The position numbers and the translations under genes were made by a program. A DNA stretch of 64,000 nt from assembly GCF_006345805.1 (NCBI RefSeq), contig NC_042999.1, forward strand, positions 37,510,001 to 37,574,000, written 5' to 3'. The stretch comes from Octopus sinensis. Taxonomy: Eukaryota. Positions 37,114 to 49,403 of the stretch are shown one piece after another. How positions within the stretch are numbered: the first letter of the stretch is position 1; every line of letters starts with the position of its first letter. Under the pieces are notes generated by a model, which saw only the letters and a list, made by a program, of their open reading frames with translations, did no database searches and had not been told where the DNA came from.

Positions 37114-37530
37114 ATGTGTTTGTTGTAATTAGTGTTGTTGTTTAATTCAAAGTTAGTTCTGATTAGATAGACCTAAGATCAAAGGCGTTCCTGTGATGAC
37201 CAACAAACTGTTTTTGTTTTTTTTTCTGAGGAAAGGTTCATAGTAAACTATTTGAATAAATGAACGAATATTTGTACAAATATGTGTGAACAATACCTGG
37301 GGATGCATAATTATATATATTAATATATGACTCAATGAATATGACTAAATATATATTCGCGCGTGCCAGTCCTTTATATATATATATATATATATATCTT
37401 TACATCTAATCGAATTAAGTGATTATTCTACGAGAGAATACTCTGCTATTGGGAATATGAAATTTACTACACACACACACATCTATACATACACATGTGT
37501 ATCTATCATACGCATAGATAATAGATAGAC

Positions 37531-37612
<82 letters not shown>

Positions 37613-37659
37613 ACTATCATACACACACATACATAGACACTGTATCGCTATATCTACCT

Positions 37660-37922
37660 AGTTATCGGATATTGTACACCGCTGGTTACAATGCGCTGCC
37701 TTTGTTGTAGCTAGTTATGATGCCTCTCTGCTGGACTAGGCGAGCAGGTCTAACATTCTTCCTGAACGGAATATCATTCCGTTGCAGGGTTACAGCTGAG
37801 TGAACTGGAGCAACACGAAATAAAGTGTCTTGGTCCAGAAAAAAAACAACGCATAGCCGGATTGGAAATTGAAACTACAATTTTGCTATCGTGTGTGCAA
37901 CACTCTAACCACCAGGCCACAT
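37660..37922 (-). mobile_element. Old chimeric SINE (C head + B1-like tail)
   Basis: AGCTGAGTGAACTGGAGCAACACGAAATAAAGTGTCTT (C) joined to CGCTGGTTACAATGCGC...GGCGAGCAGG (B1). Confidence 0.55.
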
Positions 37923-38264
37923 AGATACATTCATATATGCAAAGTGTGACTAACTGTTGTATCTCACAAACACATATTTATATAAAAGAAAAAAATTACT
38001 GTATTTAATGATTATTATAATGTGTTATCAATATACCTTGATATGATTATAATAATGTGTTATCAATATACCTTGATATGATGTATATAGGAATGAAATC
38101 CCAACGTAATGTTTGTTTAATTTTGTTAATATAAATGTATGAAGTTTTTTTTTTTTTTTTGCGACTTCCCAGGTTTCCAGTTCAAAACTTACCTAGCGCC
38201 AACTTTGCATTATTTACACGGACCATTTCACACCTCTTGTTTAAGCATTGATGTACATGTGTGT

Positions 38265-38910
38265 GTGTGTGTGTGTTTGATGGGGTGTGGGAGACAGTAT
38301 GTTGTGTAAGTGAAGTGCTTCTGTTAGTGTGTGCGAAGAGACAGAGAGAGTAATGTGTGAAAGAGAGAGATAACTGATTTTTTACTCGGTGTATGTGTAT
38401 ATGTATGTATGCATGTATGTGTGTGTGTGTGTGTATGTATCTATGTATGTGTGTGTGTGTAAGTATGTGTGTGTGTATGTATGTATGTTGGCGCCGATTC
38501 ATCGTAATTTTTTACTCGGTGTATGTGTATATGTATGTCTGCATGTATGTGTGTGTGTGTATGTATCTGTGTATGTGTGTGTGTGTATGTATGTATGTGT
38601 GTATGTATGTATGGTCGATTCAGTGTAATTTTTTACTCGTGTATGTGTATATGTATGTCTGCAGTATGTGTGTGTGTGGTATGTATCTATGTGTGTGTGT
38701 GTGTGTAGTATGTGTGTGTGTATGTATATGTATGTGTGTGTGTGTATGTATCTATGTATGTGTGTGTGTGTATGTATGTATGTTTGGCCGATTCATCGTA
38801 ATTTTTTACTCGGTGTATGTGTATATGTATGTCTGTCTCTTCGCACACTAACAAAAGCACTTCACTTACACAACATACTGTCTGTCTCCCACACCCCATC
38901 AAACACACAC
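38265..38910. repeat. Foldback structure: about 80-bp inverted repeats around tandem TATG/TG-rich units
   Basis: 38270-38345 is the reverse complement of 38832-38910; internal repeats of ATTTTTTACTCGGTGTATG. Confidence 0.75.
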
Positions 38911-39769
38911 AGGCCGACTTCAAAGAGAAACCTTCTCGTCGTAAAATCGCTTCCTCTTAGTCTCTTTCGCTCTCATTACTTATGTAAAAAAAATAAAAGT
39001 TTTTTACGGAAATCGACGGAAATCTGTGCTACTACAACCGAAACTATGCCTAATTTTTTTTATTGCTAGTTCAGTAATGACCAAAATGAGACACACACAC
39101 ATGTAAACAAACAACGACTTAACTTCTTCATTTTTCTACGACTTATATTTTTAATATTTTTACCGGTTGCATAATTCGATGTGGAGGTAGGTGGGGCGGG
39201 GTTAAAAAACGAAAAATTTAGTTTTGAAAAAAAAACAACTTTTTTCGTAACATCAAAATAGCCCATATTTTAAAAATATAATTAAGAAAAAAAAAATTAA
39301 AAAGAGAACATGTTGCGTGGGGAAATGCTCCAAGACGGACAGGGTAGGGGACATAAACCGAAAAGAAAAGATAAGAATCACATTCTACGATGTTTTGAAT
39401 AGGTCTGAAAAAAATCTTTGGAGTAAAAAAAAAAGAAAAGGGTTAATTAAAAGTGAAAGAAATAGAGAGGAGATATGACAAAAAAAAAGAAGTTATATAT
39501 ATTTCTTGGCATACCAACATAAAAAAAAATCATTGAAAAATATCCATTTTATAGAAAGTTATGAGGAAACAAAGTCAGTGAGGAGAGGATACCTCAGTAG
39601 GTATGCCTGTATTTTTAACCAAAGATTGCCAGGAAAAGTTTAGCTGGGGTGCTTTCCAACACTCTACCTTAAAAGGAATTCTTTCCACATATACGCAACA
39701 CACTGAGCCCTCTTTCGTTGACAGACTATAATTGAATGGTTATCGCGTGTGTATATACATATACACGCG

Positions 39770-39803
<34 letters not shown>

Positions 39804-40201
39804 ATATATATATATAATACATACATGCACACACACACACGTAGAAACGCATAAACGTGGGTTGTTGATAAATAAATACGAGAGGTGCAGTCGAACATTC
39901 ACGCCAGGGTATATACAAATACTTTTTACAGGCGAATTTATGTATGAGTGTATAAATTAAATGTATTGTTGGCACTCCCAGACATAAGCATATAATAATA
40001 GCATTACTTTTCGATGCACCTTCTGTTTTATCGGCACAAGCATTCATATAGTCTGTATGTGTGTGTGTATGTATGTGTGTGTCTGAGTAGGTTTGTCAAG
40101 GTATTTGCGTATGAGAAATGATAATATAAACAAAAGATGGCACATCTAACAGAATCTACAAAACGATGTAAATCGGCAAGATTGCTATTCCATTAATTTA
40201 C

Positions 40202-40319
40202 CTTTCACTCGAATTTCTTCAAGTAGCTCCAATCGAACGTGTCCATTGACTATATTTCCTGGATGGTAAACACTGCATTCTTCGGGGAAGATAATGTCAA
40301 AATAGTTGATCTTTCCCAT
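40202..40319 (-). CDS. First coding exon of an alpha-arrestin (arrestin domain-containing, ARRDC/TXNIP-like) protein
   Basis: ATG at 40319 gives MGKINYFDIIFPEECSVYHPGNIVNGHVRLELLEEIRVK(G), matching the arrestin_N start (MGK..F.I.F....VY.PG..V.G.V.L.L.E...G); ends at phase-1 donor AG|GTAAAT. Too short for the ORF track. Ortholog not assignable. Confidence 0.85.
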
Positions 40320-42089
40320 TCTACTGAGGCCAAAATAAAAATAAAAATCTTTGATGTCAGGCCAACTCCAGTTATCTGGTGTGGTTGGCTGACAAGTAAA
40401 GGATGCAGCACTGCACTTTGGCTGTAATTCGTCAAAGACACCGTCTCACTGACTTGCAGATATCTCGGTTGATTCTACAATCTCTTATAAGGTTTTAGTA
40501 TCTGTATAGTTCTTCTACAGCAGTCTGTTGAGTCGAGTCGAAGTCTGTTAAAGCATGACTGCTGCTAGTCCGGTTGTTTCATTACAATTCATATGGCTGT
40601 TGATGATTGTCTATGAATGTTGTGGGCTTGGAGAATGGTGCTGCTGTTGCTGTTGCTGGAGTGTATGCATGTACGTCTGTGTGATGTTACCGTTTTCTTT
40701 CATTTAATCTGTGTATGTTGTGTTTATGGTGATATTCGCAGTGTCTCCAGGTGTATGTGTCAGCATATAAGTCAAACTATGTAAACCGGTGTTTTTTTGG
40801 CGTCTGCGTGGGTAAATGCGCGTGGGTTTGAACGCGAGCGAATGCGTGTTTGTACGTACGTCTGTGCTGTGAGTGTGGGTGTACGTACAGGTAATGCCCA
40901 AAAGAAAGTGTAATTATGTCTCAAAATTAAACAAATGTATTTGTCCACGTGTAATTTAATTGAGTTCGTTTACACGGATTATTCTGTAAACGTTGAAAAT
41001 AAAGACGCATTCTCGCTCTCCCCGCTCCCTCTTTTAGTATTGTTATATTTAGCAAATGTTACTAAAGTGTGAGTGTCCACTTGTCTTGTTGAAGTATGAG
41101 TGTGAATGTATCTTCGCGTTGTTGCATGCTTAACGTCTCAATGAACGAGTATCCATCCATTGTTGTTGCTAAGTAAGTTAAACTCCCTCCTAGATTAATA
41201 CGAACATCAAATATTATTTCTTGTCAAAACAACTACGTCCACTCAGGTGAGCAGCTAATTACGTAGGTGAGAGATCGACAGCTTCGTTATCTTCCCATCT
41301 CTCGATGTGCCTGCTTAGGAGTGACACATCATCATCATCATCATCGTCATCGTCATCGTTATCGTCGTCATCATCATCATCACCACCATCAACAAAGATA
41401 AGCTAATCTACTATTTTCTGTCTTTATATATAGTTGGCATCTGGCCGGACTATGTTAATAATGATAAGAAGAAAAAAAAAAACAAGGAATATCAAATAAT
41501 TAAAGCAGAAAAGAAGGAGAGCTTTTCTTCTTTTTCTTTATGTTTTCCTTTTTTTTTTATTGGGCCTTTTATCAAGTGTATGTGGATGGAGTTTCTTCAG
41601 AATTTGGCATGTATTAAGATATTTCCAGCTGATTAGGCGGGGGATAACTACATGTTACTTAGAAAGAGAAAGCCTCATAATTATGCAAGAGTGATGCAAA
41701 TCAACATAAAAATTTCGAAATAAGGCTACGTGGATTTTTATTATGTGGGGGAGGACGAATGATGTGTAGGAATTAGAGGCGGGAAAGGAGCATATTATAA
41801 AGGAGGATGAAGGTTTTAATGTGTGAGGGATGGTAGGGATGAGCATGGCTGACAGAAATTGTTGCTGGGTTACAATAAATATCACTTAACGAATCGTTCT
41901 ATTGATTTCTTTATTTACCATAATCTGCTCAAAAGGGCACTAGCGCAGTCGGAAGTGAGTGATTTTGCTCCCTAGCAATTTCCACACTAGACACAGAGGC
42001 GATAAGTGATTGTAAATAGATGAAAATAGATGAATATAAAGGAAAATAAAAGGAAAAGGAATTACTAGAACGAGAAAGAGTGTTAGAGT

Positions 42090-42453
42090 GTGTGTGACTG
42101 AGATCTGTATATATGCATATATATGTATGTGTATATTAATATATATGTTTATGTATATTATAATATATATATATAATATATATATATATATATTTATGCA
42201 TATATATATATATCTATATATCTATATAATATATATATATATATATATACTAATATATATACATACATACATGCATATATCCATGCATACATGCATATAT
42301 ACATACATGCATACATACATACATCCTATATAAAATAATATACATGCATATATCTGTATGCAAACACACACATATATATACGTGCATATATATGTGTATA
42401 CAGATATGTTGTATATGTGTATGAAAAGAAACACACACACACACACATATATA

Positions 42454-42500
<47 letters not shown>

Positions 42501-42555
42501 ATACATATATAAATTATAGTATGCATACATACATGCATGCATATATATATATATA
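42090..42555. repeat. (TA)/(TACA) microsatellite complex
   Basis: Direct reading. Confidence 0.9.
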
Positions 42556-42582
42556 ATCATATACTCTTTTGTGTTATTTTAG

Positions 42583-42911
42583 TCTTTTACTTGTTTCAGT
42601 CATTTGACTGGGGTCATGCTGGAGCACCGCCTTTAGTCGAGGAAATCGACCCCGGGACTTATTCTTTGTAAGACTAGTACTTATTCTATTGGTCTATTTT
42701 GCCGAACCGCTAGCTTACAGGGACATAAACACATTAACATCGGTTGTCAAGCGATGGTGGGTGTATATATATATATATACGACGGAGGTCTTTCAGTATC
42801 CGTCTACTAAATCCACACATAAGGCTTTGGTCGGCCCGAGGCTATTGTAGAAGACATTTGCCCAAGGTGCTACGCAGTGGGACTGAACCCGGAACCATGT
42901 GGTTGGGAAGC
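42583..42911 (-). mobile_element. SINE family A, head truncated by a Penelope-like fragment
   Basis: Homology. Confidence 0.85.
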
Positions 42912-42913
42912 AA

Positions 42914-43055
42914 CATCGAAAAATACCTTAGGAATGAGAACCCAGGTTCGAAATTTTCCCAAAACACCTGATGAAGGCTGGAGGGTATATCAGCCGAAAC
43001 GTTGTGTTAACAACAAACAAAAAGAGAACAAATATCCGTCAAATGTAAATAATGT
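42914..43055 (+). mobile_element. Penelope-like pLTR fragment with minimal hammerhead (42963-43008)
   Basis: AACAC-CTGATGA-A-GGCTG-loop-CAGCC-GAAAC-GTT-GTGTT. Confidence 0.65.
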
Positions 43056-43113
43056 ATATATGTATGTATGTATATATATATGTATATATACATGTGTGTG
43101 TGTGTGTGTGTAT

Positions 43114-43220
43114 AGACGCAGGATGGCTGTGTAGTAAAAAGCTTGCTTCCCAACCACATGGTTCCAGGTTCAGTCTCACTGCGTGGTACCTTGGGCGAGT
43201 GTCATCTTTTATAGCCTCGG
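43114..43220 (+). mobile_element. SINE family A head fragment
   Basis: Homology to the A and B box region. Confidence 0.75.
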
Positions 43221-43411
43221 AAACCCATATTTACATAGTAAATATGGGTTTCCGCCCCGACATCCGAAACTCGGAGTTTTATCGTGGCTACCGAATAATT
43301 GTCACATTTATTTACAGATAAATTCCTCTATTTACATATATCGAGGTCTCTTTCATTCTTTTGTTGTCTTGCGATTTCTATCAATATATATATATATATA
43401 TATATATAATA

Positions 43412-43446
<35 letters not shown>

Positions 43447-43524
43447 CAAAACAGAAGGCTGAAAACTTTGATATATTTTCTATATTATGCTCATACGTGT
43501 TTCATTGCAGGACAAAGACATATG

Positions 43525-44040
43525 TGTAGAAGACAGTGCACGTGGGAAGTTCCTAGGAGCACTATCTTTTGAATTTCTCCCATTTTGGGGTTTCCTGGTG
43601 TCTGAGCTAGGTAGGAATCAGCCCCTTTTGCTATCATGTCTCGGGCACCTATGACAACAGGTATTGTTTTAGTTTTGAGGTTCCACATTTTGCCAATTTC
43701 TATTTCAAGATCTTTATACTTGCTCAGTTTTTTGTAGGTCTTGACAGATACATTTATGTCGATTGGGACAGTCATATCAATGAGGAGGCATGATTTTTGT
43801 CTGAAGTCTTTCAATATAATGTCTGGCCTATTCGCATCTGTCTTTCTGTCAGTTTGAACAGTGAAGTTCCAGTGGGGTGAGATGTAATCATTTTCAAGCA
43901 CTGGAAGTGGTTTGTGTTCCCATCAGTTTTTATCATGGGGCAGGCCCAGGTTTTTGCAATTTACCCAGTGAATATATAGTGCTGTTCTATCATGCCTGTT
44001 GAGATACTCTGTAGGCGCAAGAAGACTGCACATGTTGAAG
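43525..44040 (-). pseudogene. R4/Dong-clade non-LTR retrotransposon, restriction-like endonuclease fragment
   Basis: LAPTEYLNRHDRTALYIHW...WEHKP..VLEN...HWNFTVQTDRKTDANRPDIILKD...LIDMTVPIDIN...KLSKYKDLEIEI..MW...TIPVVIGA; abuts (TAA)n. Confidence 0.85.
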
Positions 44041-44071
44041 ACGAAAAAAAGAAAAAGAGTGATGAAAATTA

Positions 44072-44118
<47 letters not shown>

Positions 44119-44119
<1 letters not shown>

Positions 44120-44448
44120 GTGAAGGCGCATGGCTCAGTGGTTAGAGCATCGAGCTTACGATCGTCAGGTTGTGAGTTCGATTCCCGGACCGGGCTGCGT
44201 GTTGTGTTCTTGAGCAAGACACTTTATTTCACGTTGCTCCAGTTCACTCAGCTGTAGAAATGAGTTGCGACGTCACTGGTGCCAAGCTGTATCGGCCCCT
44301 TTGCCTTTCCCTTGGATAACATTGGTGGCGTGGAGAGGGGAAGCCGGTATACATGGGCGACTGCTGGTCTTCCATAAACGGACTTGTGCCTCGGAGGGTA
44401 GCTTTGTAGGTGCAATCCCATTGTCATTTATGGCCGAAGGGGGTCTCC
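44119..44448 (+). mobile_element. SINE family C (tail C2)
   Basis: A box TGGCTCAGTGG, B box GAGTTCGATTCC; sits in a (TTA)n tract. Confidence 0.9.
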
Positions 44449-44449
44449 G

Positions 44450-44750
44450 ATTATTATTATTGTTGTTGTTGTTGTTGTTGTTGCTGTTGTTACTATTGTT
44501 TTCTCTTAATCACAGGTTTTGCTGGAGCTTCTGGCTTACTACCTGCAGCCTACAGTTCCATGCTATTCGTTCTTTTCAGCTATCTAATACTTTTCTGATT
44601 ATTCTGGCCGTTTCAAGGAGGCAAACCTTTTGTAGCAGTTCTAGTGGGTACTCTATTCCAATTTCCTTTATATTTCTCTTGATGACTTCTGATACTGTTC
44701 CCGAGGACCCAACAATAATTGGCACTAGCTTCACCTTTATTTTTCCATAG
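44450..44750 (-). pseudogene. Second R4/Dong-like 3' fragment with 3' UTR and (CAA)/(TAA) tail
   Basis: KVKLVPIIVGSSGTVSEVIKRNIKEIGIEYPLELLQKVCLLETARIIRKVLDS*, stop at 44578-44576. Confidence 0.8.
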
Positions 44751-44831
44751 CCAGGTTATTTCACAATTATTTCAAAACAAACTCAGGCCTTAGGCCTTTA
44801 GTAGAAAGAGTTATTATGACCGGGTTCCAAT

Positions 44832-45541
44832 CTAGGCCGCAGTAACAAAGTCCACCCATCGCATTTCTCGGTCCAACATCACTGCCTCGAGGTCCTGGAT
44901 ACATTCTAGGCCAGTGTCTGTGGTCAAGTTGTCGACGCAAATGTAACGATGTTTTCCTATTCTTATATCATCGTGAAGTGGGTTCCACATGACTAATTTG
45001 AATGCTTTTAGTTCGGGGTAGTGCACGCAGTGACCAGATAGTTGCAGCCCTCTGCCTGATTTTCTAGCTAACTTTCGTCATGTCTTCATAAAGGCATTCG
45101 TTTGTCATATGTTGCTGCCATTTCACATTTAGGGCAATTTGTAGCATCCTTGTATAGCAGCCAACTAGGCTGTTTGATAATTTCTTTGTCAGTGTTCATG
45201 TTTCACTGCCATATAATAGCATTGATTCGATAGTTGTAACGAACTGCTTGATTTTGATTCCATTGGGCAATTTGGATGAAATAGATCAAGCACAACAGCC
45301 GCTCAGCAGGGTAGAAACGTCAGCTGCTAAAATAGGACTACACACAAAGGTCAAGAAAACCGAGTACATATCTTTCAACCAATCAAGTGATGCTGAACTG
45401 TTTGCTTTGAACGGTCCCAAATTGAATGTTGTTGAAAAACTTCAAGTACTTAGGTGAGCAGTTCGGAAGCAGGCATAAAGATTAATAAGGCACAAGCATG
45501 GACAGCTTATCACAAAGTAAAGAAGGTCTGGAACTCCAAAT
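44832..45541. mobile_element. RTE-type LINE with inverted 5' segment
   Basis: 45276->44832 (-): SKLPNGIKIKQFVTTIESMLLYGSET...GCYTRMLQIALN...GHCVHYPE..LVMWNP; 45275->45541 (+): DEIDQAQQPLSRVETSAAKIGL...FKYLG...AWTAYHKVKKVWNSK. Confidence 0.8.
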
Positions 45542-45779
45542 GGAATTTAAAATATTCCAAATTTTCCAGTCTTCTTTTTTGATATGATATTACTCTCTGT
45601 AAATAGAATTCACTAGAAATTTCAATCGTGTTTATCTCATCTGAAATAAAACATCTATATACATACATTTCGTTAATGTGAACATACAAATGGGCTTCAC
45701 GAGGACACAACTTGAAATATATCCACTGGTATATACTACGCACATACATACATATACACACACACACACACATATATAT

Positions 45780-46440
45780 ATTTCGTTTTTGGATTTGGTT
45801 TGCATGATTCTTTATGTGAGTTCGTGTGTTGAAGCATATTCTGTTGTGTCTGGGGAGAGTAATTTTCTTTTTGTGCCTTATAAATTAACACACTCACCGG
45901 TAAAATTTCCACTTATTTCTTATTTTTATTTTTCTAAAATTTTCGTTGCGTCTTGCAACCTTTTCAATAGTCTTGACTCTCAACCGGTGAGTGTGTTAAA
46001 TTATAAGGCACAAAAAGAAAATGACTGTCCCCAGACACAACAGTATCAGCGCCACGAGAACATCGTTGTCTTCGTCTGCCGAAAAAGGCATTTTTTTTTT
46101 CAAATACGCCAGCTAAACAAGTTGTACTGTCTATAGTTGTAAGATACCCGCTGTTTTTGTCCTGCTATTACAATTATTGTTTTTTCTATTTATATTCGTG
46201 TGGCATCGTCCGTTTTTCAGTCCTTGTTTCGTATACATTCGATCCTTTTTCCAAGAAATCTAATGCTCGTAGCTTAGTTTTTCCTTGGGGCTGGTCGGAT
46301 CGGAGCGATCTCAAGATTAATCAGCCGAAATTGCGAGGATGATCCGGTTCTTGACTGAAGATTAAAGGCTTCGAATGTCCCGTCCGTGTTTTTTGTATCG
46401 TCTTCTAAATGTTTTACGTTCTTGTCCCAGTTTGTATTTT
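45780..46440. repeat. Unclassified dispersed repeat(s) with inverted segment
   Basis: 45840-45905 inverted at 45980-46043; related to 30040-30300. Confidence 0.55.
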
Positions 46441-46471
46441 TCTACATGATTATATATATATATCATATATG

Positions 46472-46535
<64 letters not shown>

Positions 46536-47246
46536 GACTAAGAATGTTAGTAACAGTGATAAAGAAAAAGACAGGGAGAGAAACTGCAAACTGACTTTTG
46601 TTGTACACTAGTATGATGTACCATAGCTAACTTGACCAAGTTTGATGCTGTGAACCTGATTAATTATCTGTAATAATATTCCGGAAGGGTTTCAACTTTT
46701 AAAAGAAATGAAAGTCAGTATTATTTATAATAAAACAGATATTCGAATGGATAAAATAAGCAGCTAATGCAATTAAGTTTGACCTTTTGATCAATTCTCT
46801 ACTGGATGTTGAAACAGTAATTGTTTGATAGTATGGGAACCACTAAATTAGAAGGCATTGAATTTTGGTGCCAGCAGAAACGTTCAAGTATCATTTGTTT
46901 ATTTTTTACATACGAGATTTTAGCACTTTCATTCATATTGTCACACTAACAGCAACCTGTAACCTTTGACGAGTCTGGAATATTTGAATATGTGCCAACT
47001 TTAACATTTACGTGGTTAATTATTTAAGTGAATTACTGTCCTTCAAAATATTGGAGTCGGGACAGCGTCAAATGATAAGTACTCCAAGAGCCTAGGAACC
47101 AACCCAGTACACTAAAATAGTTTACTCGAAAAAAAGTAACGTCACCGTATATAAACGCACCCCTCCCCGCCCCACACACACAACCTACCAAGCAAGCAAG
47201 CAACCAACCAATAATGACTATTTTTGTCATAGTAGCCAATCACTGG

Positions 47247-47585
47247 GAGGCGTAATGGCCCAGTGGTTAGGGCAGCGGACTCGCGGTTGGAGGATCGCGG
47301 TTTCGATTCCCAGACCGGGCCTTGTGTGTGTTTATTGAGCTAAAGCACCTAAAAGCTCCACAAGGCTCCAGCATGGGGTGGTGGCGACCCCTTTTGTACT
47401 CTTTCGCCACAACTGTCGAAAGAGCACAACTCTTTCTCACCCTCTCTTCCTCTTTCTTGAGTAACACTGCGATGGACTGACGTCCCGTCCAGCTGGGGGG
47501 GGGGAACATATACACCACAGAAACCGGGAAACCGGGCCCATGAGCCTGGCTAGGCTTGAAAAGGGCGACGTTTATCGTTTTTATT
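47247..47585 (+). mobile_element. SINE family B (tail type B3)
   Basis: 10-bp direct repeat CAATCACTGG (47237-47246, 47586-47595). Confidence 0.9.
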
Positions 47586-47910
47586 CAATCACTGGCAAAA
47601 TCATTAGCAGTGTTAACGTAGCCAGGTTCGAAAGTTAGGGGGAGCGAGCACATATAAAAAAAAAAGGCAGCGTAACACATAGCAAACAATTTTTAACTAA
47701 CTTCTCTTATATTACGCAAAATATTTCATTAGTTATAACATTCGTAATTATATTCTTACAACTACCTGATATAAGTAACTCAAGAATTAATTTTTAAAAA
47801 TTGTTGAAAAGGCGCCATTTTAGAAAAATGTGTTTAGGGCGAGCAGTCGCTTCCCTTGCTGCTCTGTTAGTTACGTCACTGGTGAGCACGCTGGTCAAAA
47901 TGCTTAGCGG

Positions 47911-48030
47911 CTTTGATCAGCCCGAGGTCGCAGTAGGAAACACTTGATCAGGGTGCTACGCGGTGGGCCTGAACACAGAACCATGTGAATTGGGAAGCAA
48001 ACTTCATACCACACAGTCACGTCTGCATCT
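47911..48030 (-). mobile_element. Old SINE A head fragment
   Basis: Diverged homology. Confidence 0.6.
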
Positions 48031-48164
48031 ATGTAGAAGATGGTTTTAGGAACCAAAATTTTTCTGCCAGAACTGTTAGGTATTTTTGGTGTTGTGATAA
48101 GAGAATTCTCTATAAATATATGCTTCATGCTTTTGAGAGTAAATTTGTAATAATGGTTTCAAGT

Positions 48165-48370
48165 TTTAGCACCAGGCCAGCAATTTTGGGGGGATGGGGT
48201 AAGTTGAATAGATCGACCCCAGGATTCAACTGGTACTTATTTTACCGATCCCGAAAGGACGAAAGGCAAAGTCGACCTCGGTGGAATTTGTACCCAGACC
48301 GTAAAATCGGACAAAATGCTGCTAAGCATTTTGCCCGGTTCGGTAACGATTCTGCCAGCTCACCGCCTTA
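48165..48370 (-). mobile_element. SINE family G
   Basis: Homology. Confidence 0.85.
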
Positions 48371-49121
48371 GAGAGAATTTGTAATAATGAGTGTAAGGTT
48401 GACGGCTGATATTAAATAACCAAAAGGAAGCTTGTCAGGTTTGGTTTTATTAGAGGTCAGGGAATAGGGATCAAGATTGGCGTGGAAACTATAGATATTC
48501 TTGTAGAATAAAGAATATTTCAAACAAATGTTATCTTCTATTCATCTTTCTTCCCTTTTTCTTTTTCTTTTTTAATTCTTAAACGTTTGTGTTGTGGAAG
48601 AAGCGTAGAAAAAAATACAGGCATTATTGATGAATTATTGGAAGGATTAATCACTTCAGAATTTCTTGGACAATATCACGATATAATTTATCACTTCCTG
48701 CCAAATTATTTGATGCCATCAAAAATCTTTGAATTTCCACATCTCTATGTCAACCCCCGATATAATTATAAATATAGCCAACTTTTAACAGCATTTTTTT
48801 TTCTTAGTTGATGTTGAGATGTATCACTGCATTGAATTTAGAAATCCTTTGCCTGTCCCATGTATCACACGTGATACACAAAGAATATTTTTTTGTCGTC
48901 CATGCATCATAGATGATACAAATTCACTTTTTTTTTATTTCATGTACTAGTGTAATTTGAGACTTATGAAAGTCAAAGCTTTATATTACTGAGAACATAT
49001 GAAAAGTCTGAAATCGGACGTTTCGGATAAATTTTAGAAAATATTTTCGGATAAATTTTAGAAAATATTTCGGAGAGGCAAAAGATCAAGAATGTACAGA
49101 ATTAGACTGAGAAACAGAGAA

Positions 49122-49353
49122 TACTCTCTTTACTCTTTTACTCTTTTACTTGTTTCAGTCATTTGACTGCGGCCATGCTGGAGCACCGCCTTTAGTCGGG
49201 CAAATCGACCCCGGGACTTATTCTTTGTAAGCCCAGTACTTATTCTATCGGTCTCTTTTGCCGAACCGCTAAGTAACGGGGACGTAAACACTCCAGCATC
49301 GGTTGTCAAGCAATGCTAGGGGGACAAACACACACACACAAACACACACACAA

Positions 49354-49403
<50 letters not shown>

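Noticed and set aside
38193-38240. Perfect minus-strand donor AG|GTAAGT as an arrestin exon end
   Set aside because: Phase-compatible frames contain stops and show no arrestin similarity.
40946-40951. CACGTG upstream of the arrestin exon as a ChoRE
   Set aside because: Single E-box; a ChoRE needs two E-box-like halves 5 bp apart.
45935-45975. Hammerhead-like CTATTGA...GTTGC/GCAAC-GAAA (minus; similar at about 30100)
   Set aside because: The core differs at essential positions and no stem I or stem III pairing was found.
46290-46390. GGCTG...CAGCC-GAAA and CTGAAGA motifs
   Set aside because: Core and GAAA are not in compatible order or pairing for a hammerhead.
47604-47880. Possible hAT MITE (CAGTG...CACTG ends)
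   Set aside because: TIR match is weak and no 8-bp TSD was found.
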